Part shown: positions 60,401 through 64,000 of the stretch, piece after piece | Layout of the letters: the number at the start of each line of letters is the position of its first letter | Position numbering within the stretch: position 1 is the first letter of the stretch | NCBI RefSeq assembly: GCF_019059575.1 | Contig: NW_024881521.1 | Coordinates: forward strand, 665,297-729,296 | Source of the DNA: Amphibalanus amphitrite | Lineage: Eukaryota | Reading direction: 5' to 3' | Length of the DNA stretch: 64,000 nt | Made by a program: the position numbers and the translations under genes | The notes under the pieces: generated by a model | Told to the model about the DNA's origin: nothing | Seen by the model: only the letters and a program-made list of their open reading frames with translations | Database searches by the model: none

Positions 60401-60871
60401 TCTTTCTCCATATTTTATTTAGTAGCAGATACCTTCTACTCACTCTACATGTATTACGCATCTGCTACGTGCACTGGCGCAAACATTTTTGCGTGTTTCT
60501 TCATGTTGTTATCTACATTTGGTATTTAGGTTCAGGTTAGGCTTGTTATTTACAGTCTACAGGTACCATTGAGGGTTTTATAGTGTCCTGAGTAGACTAT
60601 TTTAAGCATATTCATTGTCACACAAGGGTTTTATCAAGATTAGGATCCTGAGTCCCTAGACAGAGATTACCTATTACATTGATATTGATATTGATTAGGG
60701 CTTGGTGACAGTGATTGAAGCTTGAACTTGAATGTGCGATTCATCCCAATTCAAATTCCGAATTAGTAATTGGGAATAGACATTTTCTGCTATCATTTGA
60801 CATTTTTAACATGTTCTAGTGCCTCCCCAGTTTTTCATAATGGTCCCATGCTGATGTGTGTATGTTTCCAG

Positions 60872-62641
60872 AATCTCGAACTGTGGACATCACAATCATG
60901 AGTGTCTCCACAGAACAAGAAAGCACTGACTCAGAATGTCTGGTCCTAGGCGGTGAGGATGGTCATATTATTCAGGTATGGAAAACAAACAGATAAAATG
61001 TAACCATAAAATTATTAAGTAGAACATTTCGGTTAGTATGATTTCCTATTTAATCTTCTTTTGTGAATATTGTACCAATAAGTAAACATGTTGATATTGA
61101 TTGTTTAAGTACCTATCTGCAATGTGCATGTGTTGTATTGAATATCAACTGTTGTTAAGATGAATTTGCTTGATTAAAAAAAAAAAAATGCATTGTGACT
61201 GACATTTTTGGTAAATGAGTTTTATAACATCTGCTTCATGTCTTTTGATTTTCAGGTGCCAGGTTCAATCAACAAGCATTTGCGCCCCTACCAGCGGGAG
61301 GGGGTTCAGTTTCTGTACAGCAGGTACAGAGACAATGCTGGTGCCATCCTGGCTGATGACATGGGCCTTGGGAAGACCATTCAGTCCATTGCCTTCATAG
61401 CAGCCATCCTGCATAAATCAGGTTTGTGGGCTAATCCCAATGAACTCTGATATGATGTGTTGATAGATGGTAGGCAGTAGGCACTTGATCCAGAACTAGA
61501 AAACCATGTAAAAGCCCTGGCATTTTTGCATTTTTTATTTAAAACTTCAAGCTCAAGTCGTACTTCATACTTCATAGTCAACTCAATATGCATATGGTTT
61601 TTCCTTCCCACAGATATGAGTGTATAAGGTGTTTTGATGCCTAAGCTGCTTGTATAACACACCCAATATTTGTAATCATCCATGTTTCATGCAAAATGAA
61701 GCCCATGAGTCATGACTCATGACCATGACTCATGACTTTCATTTTGTCCCTGCTGTCTCCTACAGACCGCTCGGACGGCCGGAGCACGCCGCCGTTCCTG
61801 CGCAGTCTGGAGACGCTCGATGTCGCTCCGCCGCCGCCGCCACCTCGCCCGCCTCCCGTCCTCGTCATATGTCCCGCCGCAGTACTGTACAACTGGCTGT
61901 CGGAGCTCAACACATGGGGGACGTTCGATGTTGGTCTGTTCGTCAGGGACCGGAGGTGAGCGAGCGGGACTTAGGTACCAGAGCTTGGAACAAACGTGGT
62001 TGCTCACTCGTCCGTTCGTTTGTTGCTTGTTCGTTCGTTCGTTTGTTTCCCGTTTTATTTTTTTCACCGTCATTCGTTCATTTTCGTTCCTTTATGCGTT
62101 TTAATTTGATAATTATCAGTTATATATTCGTACGCTTGAGGATTCGCTCTTTCGTTCAAATGCTCTTTCATTCATTCATTCATTCATTCATTCATTCATT
62201 CATTCATTCATTCATTCATCCATTCATTTACTCATTCATTCTTGCATTCTTTCTGTCATTCATTCATTCATTCATTCATTCATACATTCAACCAATCAAC
62301 CAATCAACCAATCAATCCTGTTTCAGAAAATGAATTGCTTTGATTTACCAGTCGGAGGTGCCGATTCGCCTCCTTTGTTGCTGCCATGAAGGTTCTGACG
62401 CTTTCTCAAATTGTCCCCAAGGTCCGAAGTGCTGAGGGCGTCTCGGAACCGAGCCCTGGACGTTGTGCTCAGCTCGTTTGAGGCCGCCCGGGACCACGTG
62501 ACCGCGCTGAATGGTCCTGATTGGTCGGCCGTCATCGTGGACGAGGCTCACCGGCTGAAATCAGTGACGTCATTGGTGACACAAGCGCTGGGCGGCCTGG
62601 ACTGCCGGCGCCGCATCGGACTCTCCGGGACAGTGGTGCAG
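60872..62641 (+). CDS. ERCC6L2: ERCC6L2-like SNF2-family DNA helicase, 5' portion (four exons). The gene continues beyond the window
   Basis: Exons are ~60872..60975 (TGTTTCCAG|…ATG at 60898…CAG|GTATGG; low confidence), 61256..61421 ([55 protein letters not shown]), 61766..61955 (…[34 protein letters not shown]) and 62422..62641 (…[45 protein letters not shown]). The junction phases are consistent (G+AC, AG+G). The sequence is colinear with human ERCC6L2 motifs I-II ([13 protein letters not shown]…IVAPLSVLYNWKDELDTWG…[13 protein letters not shown]…RIGLTGT). Confidence 0.8.
62168..62325. repeat. (TTCA/CATT)n microsatellite followed by (CAACCAAT)n, in an ERCC6L2 intron
   Basis: Direct read. 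Confidence 0.9.
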
Positions 62642-63299
62642 GTGCGTCCCTTTGATGCATTTCTGACGTCTTTTTTATTGTACGCTAGCTGCGTACGAAG
62701 TTACTCTGTTTTTTTTTTTTTTTTGCGTTTTGCAGTTACCTGCTCTCTATAATTTTGTTGGTATCGATATGCTAAATGACTTCAAACTAAGTCTGTCTGT
62801 CTTCTGCCGTGAAAAGGAAAAGAAGCGTAACTCGCTTTTGACGATTTTTCAGGAGAGCGATTTTTCTGTTTTACCTTGTATTATCGTCGGTTCTTAACTA
62901 ATCAAAGAAAACTTGGTGTCAAACTGTTCGCAATACTGCACTGAACCTATCAGTGTTAATATTTTTTACGTGGCATATAAGATATTGCTAGAAAATGGTG
63001 TAAGGTGTTTTTGCTTTTCACTCGATGCTCAAATTGCAGCGAGGCATGTAGGGAAGAAAAGCGTAACTACATTCACTCCAGTCCGGCAACCGTATGTGCA
63101 GCGCGCGGCTCCATAGCGAAATGCAAAAGAAGCGTAACTACGTAGTTACGCTTCTTTTGCTTGCGAGATCTTATGGTATCGGCAAATATGCGGTGTTTCA
63201 AATACGCCAGGACGAAAACGTCGTTTCTCCATTTCGGATGCCTAGATGCCTTTCAAAATAGCTCACGACTTTTCATGCTAAAACTTCATGCTTCATTCT

Positions 63300-64000
63300 T
63301 AACAATCGCGGCCGTCAGGTCGCCAACTTCGGTGCTGGCAGGTCAGACAGGCTGGACGGCCGCGGGGTCGCCTATACCGGTGCTAGCAGGCCGGACGGCC
63401 GTGGGGTCGCCTATACCGGTGCTAGTAGGCCGGACGGCCGTGGGGTCGCCTATACCGGTGCTAGCAGGCCGGACGGCCGTTGGGTCGCCTATACCGGTGC
63501 TAGCAGGCCGGACGGCCGTGGGGTCGCCCCTGTCGGTGCTGGCAAGTAGGGCAGGTCGAGCGGCCGCCTCCTTCGGTGCTGGCAGGTCGGGCAAGCTTGG
63601 CGGCCATATAGTCAGCTCTGCCGGTGCTGGCGGGTCGGGCGGCCGTGGGGTCGCCTCCGCCGGTGCTGCAAGGCCAAGTGGCCGTGGGGTCACCTCCAGT
63701 CCTTGGGTGCTGGCAGGTCAGGCTTCCTTGGGGTTGCCCCTGTCGGTGCTGGGAGGTCGGGCAAGCCGGGCGGCCACGTTGTCGGCTGTCGCCTATGTTG
63801 GTGCTGGGAGGTCGGGCAAGCCGGGCGGCCGTGGGGTCACCTCTGCCAATGCTGGCGGGTCAGGCGGCCGTGGGGTCGTCTTTGCCGGTGCTGGCAGGCC
63901 GGAAGGGCGTGGGCTCAACTCTGCCGGTGCTGGCAGGTCGGGCGGCCGTGGGGTCGCCTCATTTCGTGCTGGCAGGCCGGGTGGCCACGTTTTCGCCTCT
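63300..64000. repeat. 39-bp minisatellite (GGCCGTGGGGTCGCCTATACCGGTGCTAGCAGGCCGGAC), ~17 degenerating units, running off the window end
   Basis: A direct read shows the periodicity. The ORF 63343..63693 (-) is just the repeat read as (GDPTAVRPASTGI)n. Confidence 0.9.

Overview
Eukaryotic nuclear DNA, not prokaryotic: genes have GT-AG introns, GC-rich exons (GC3 very high) and sit in an AT-richer background full of repeats and mobile elements. I found no operons, no CRISPR arrays, and no tRNA or rRNA genes.

Protein-coding genes I can support:
- Major vault protein (+, 32761-36018). It has a single coding intron and is very similar to vertebrate MVP.
- 60S ribosomal protein L15 (+, 22439-25069), three coding exons. 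Both introns carry a paralogous ~125-nt element that looks like an H/ACA snoRNA.
- The 5' part of an ERCC6L2-like SNF2 helicase (+, 60872-62641); it runs off the window.
- A single-exon secreted gene of 974 codons (-, 51777-54700) with about 20 Lys/Pro-rich 'SYGPPKSKP' repeats. A possible spliced 3' exon lies at 51294-51435.
- A three-exon AT-hook / acidic nuclear-type protein (-, 5576-7370).
- A three-exon predicted type I membrane protein (-, 38922-42203) with a His/Glu/Pro-rich ectodomain.
- Several further exon sets I could not identify.

The most unusual object is a ~5.8-kb DNA transposon (15845-21651) bounded by 28-bp terminal inverted repeats (TIRs). It carries a three-exon gene whose C-terminus is a pogo/Tigger-type DDE_1 transposase. 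That domain is fused to a 26-aa x ~11 tandem repeat and an N-terminal exon of unknown fold.

The window also holds:
- A family of ~1.2-kb TTAA-flanked MITEs with CCCGCGCC termini (three copies; two full copies in opposite orientation 18.7 kb apart).
- A TA-flanked Tc1/mariner-type MITE inside an intron.
- A nested MITE cluster.
- A 3-kb element with ~215-bp terminal inverted duplications.
- Many micro- and minisatellites.

The ORF track uses bacterial start codons (TTG/GTG/ATT appear as 'M'), so the ORF 'M' residues are not reliable starts. Where I could, I derived coordinates from ORF-track codon arithmetic. Exon ends taken only from splice motifs may be off by 1-2 nt. The taxon is unresolved: the MVP and ERCC6L2 similarity to vertebrate proteins suggests a metazoan.
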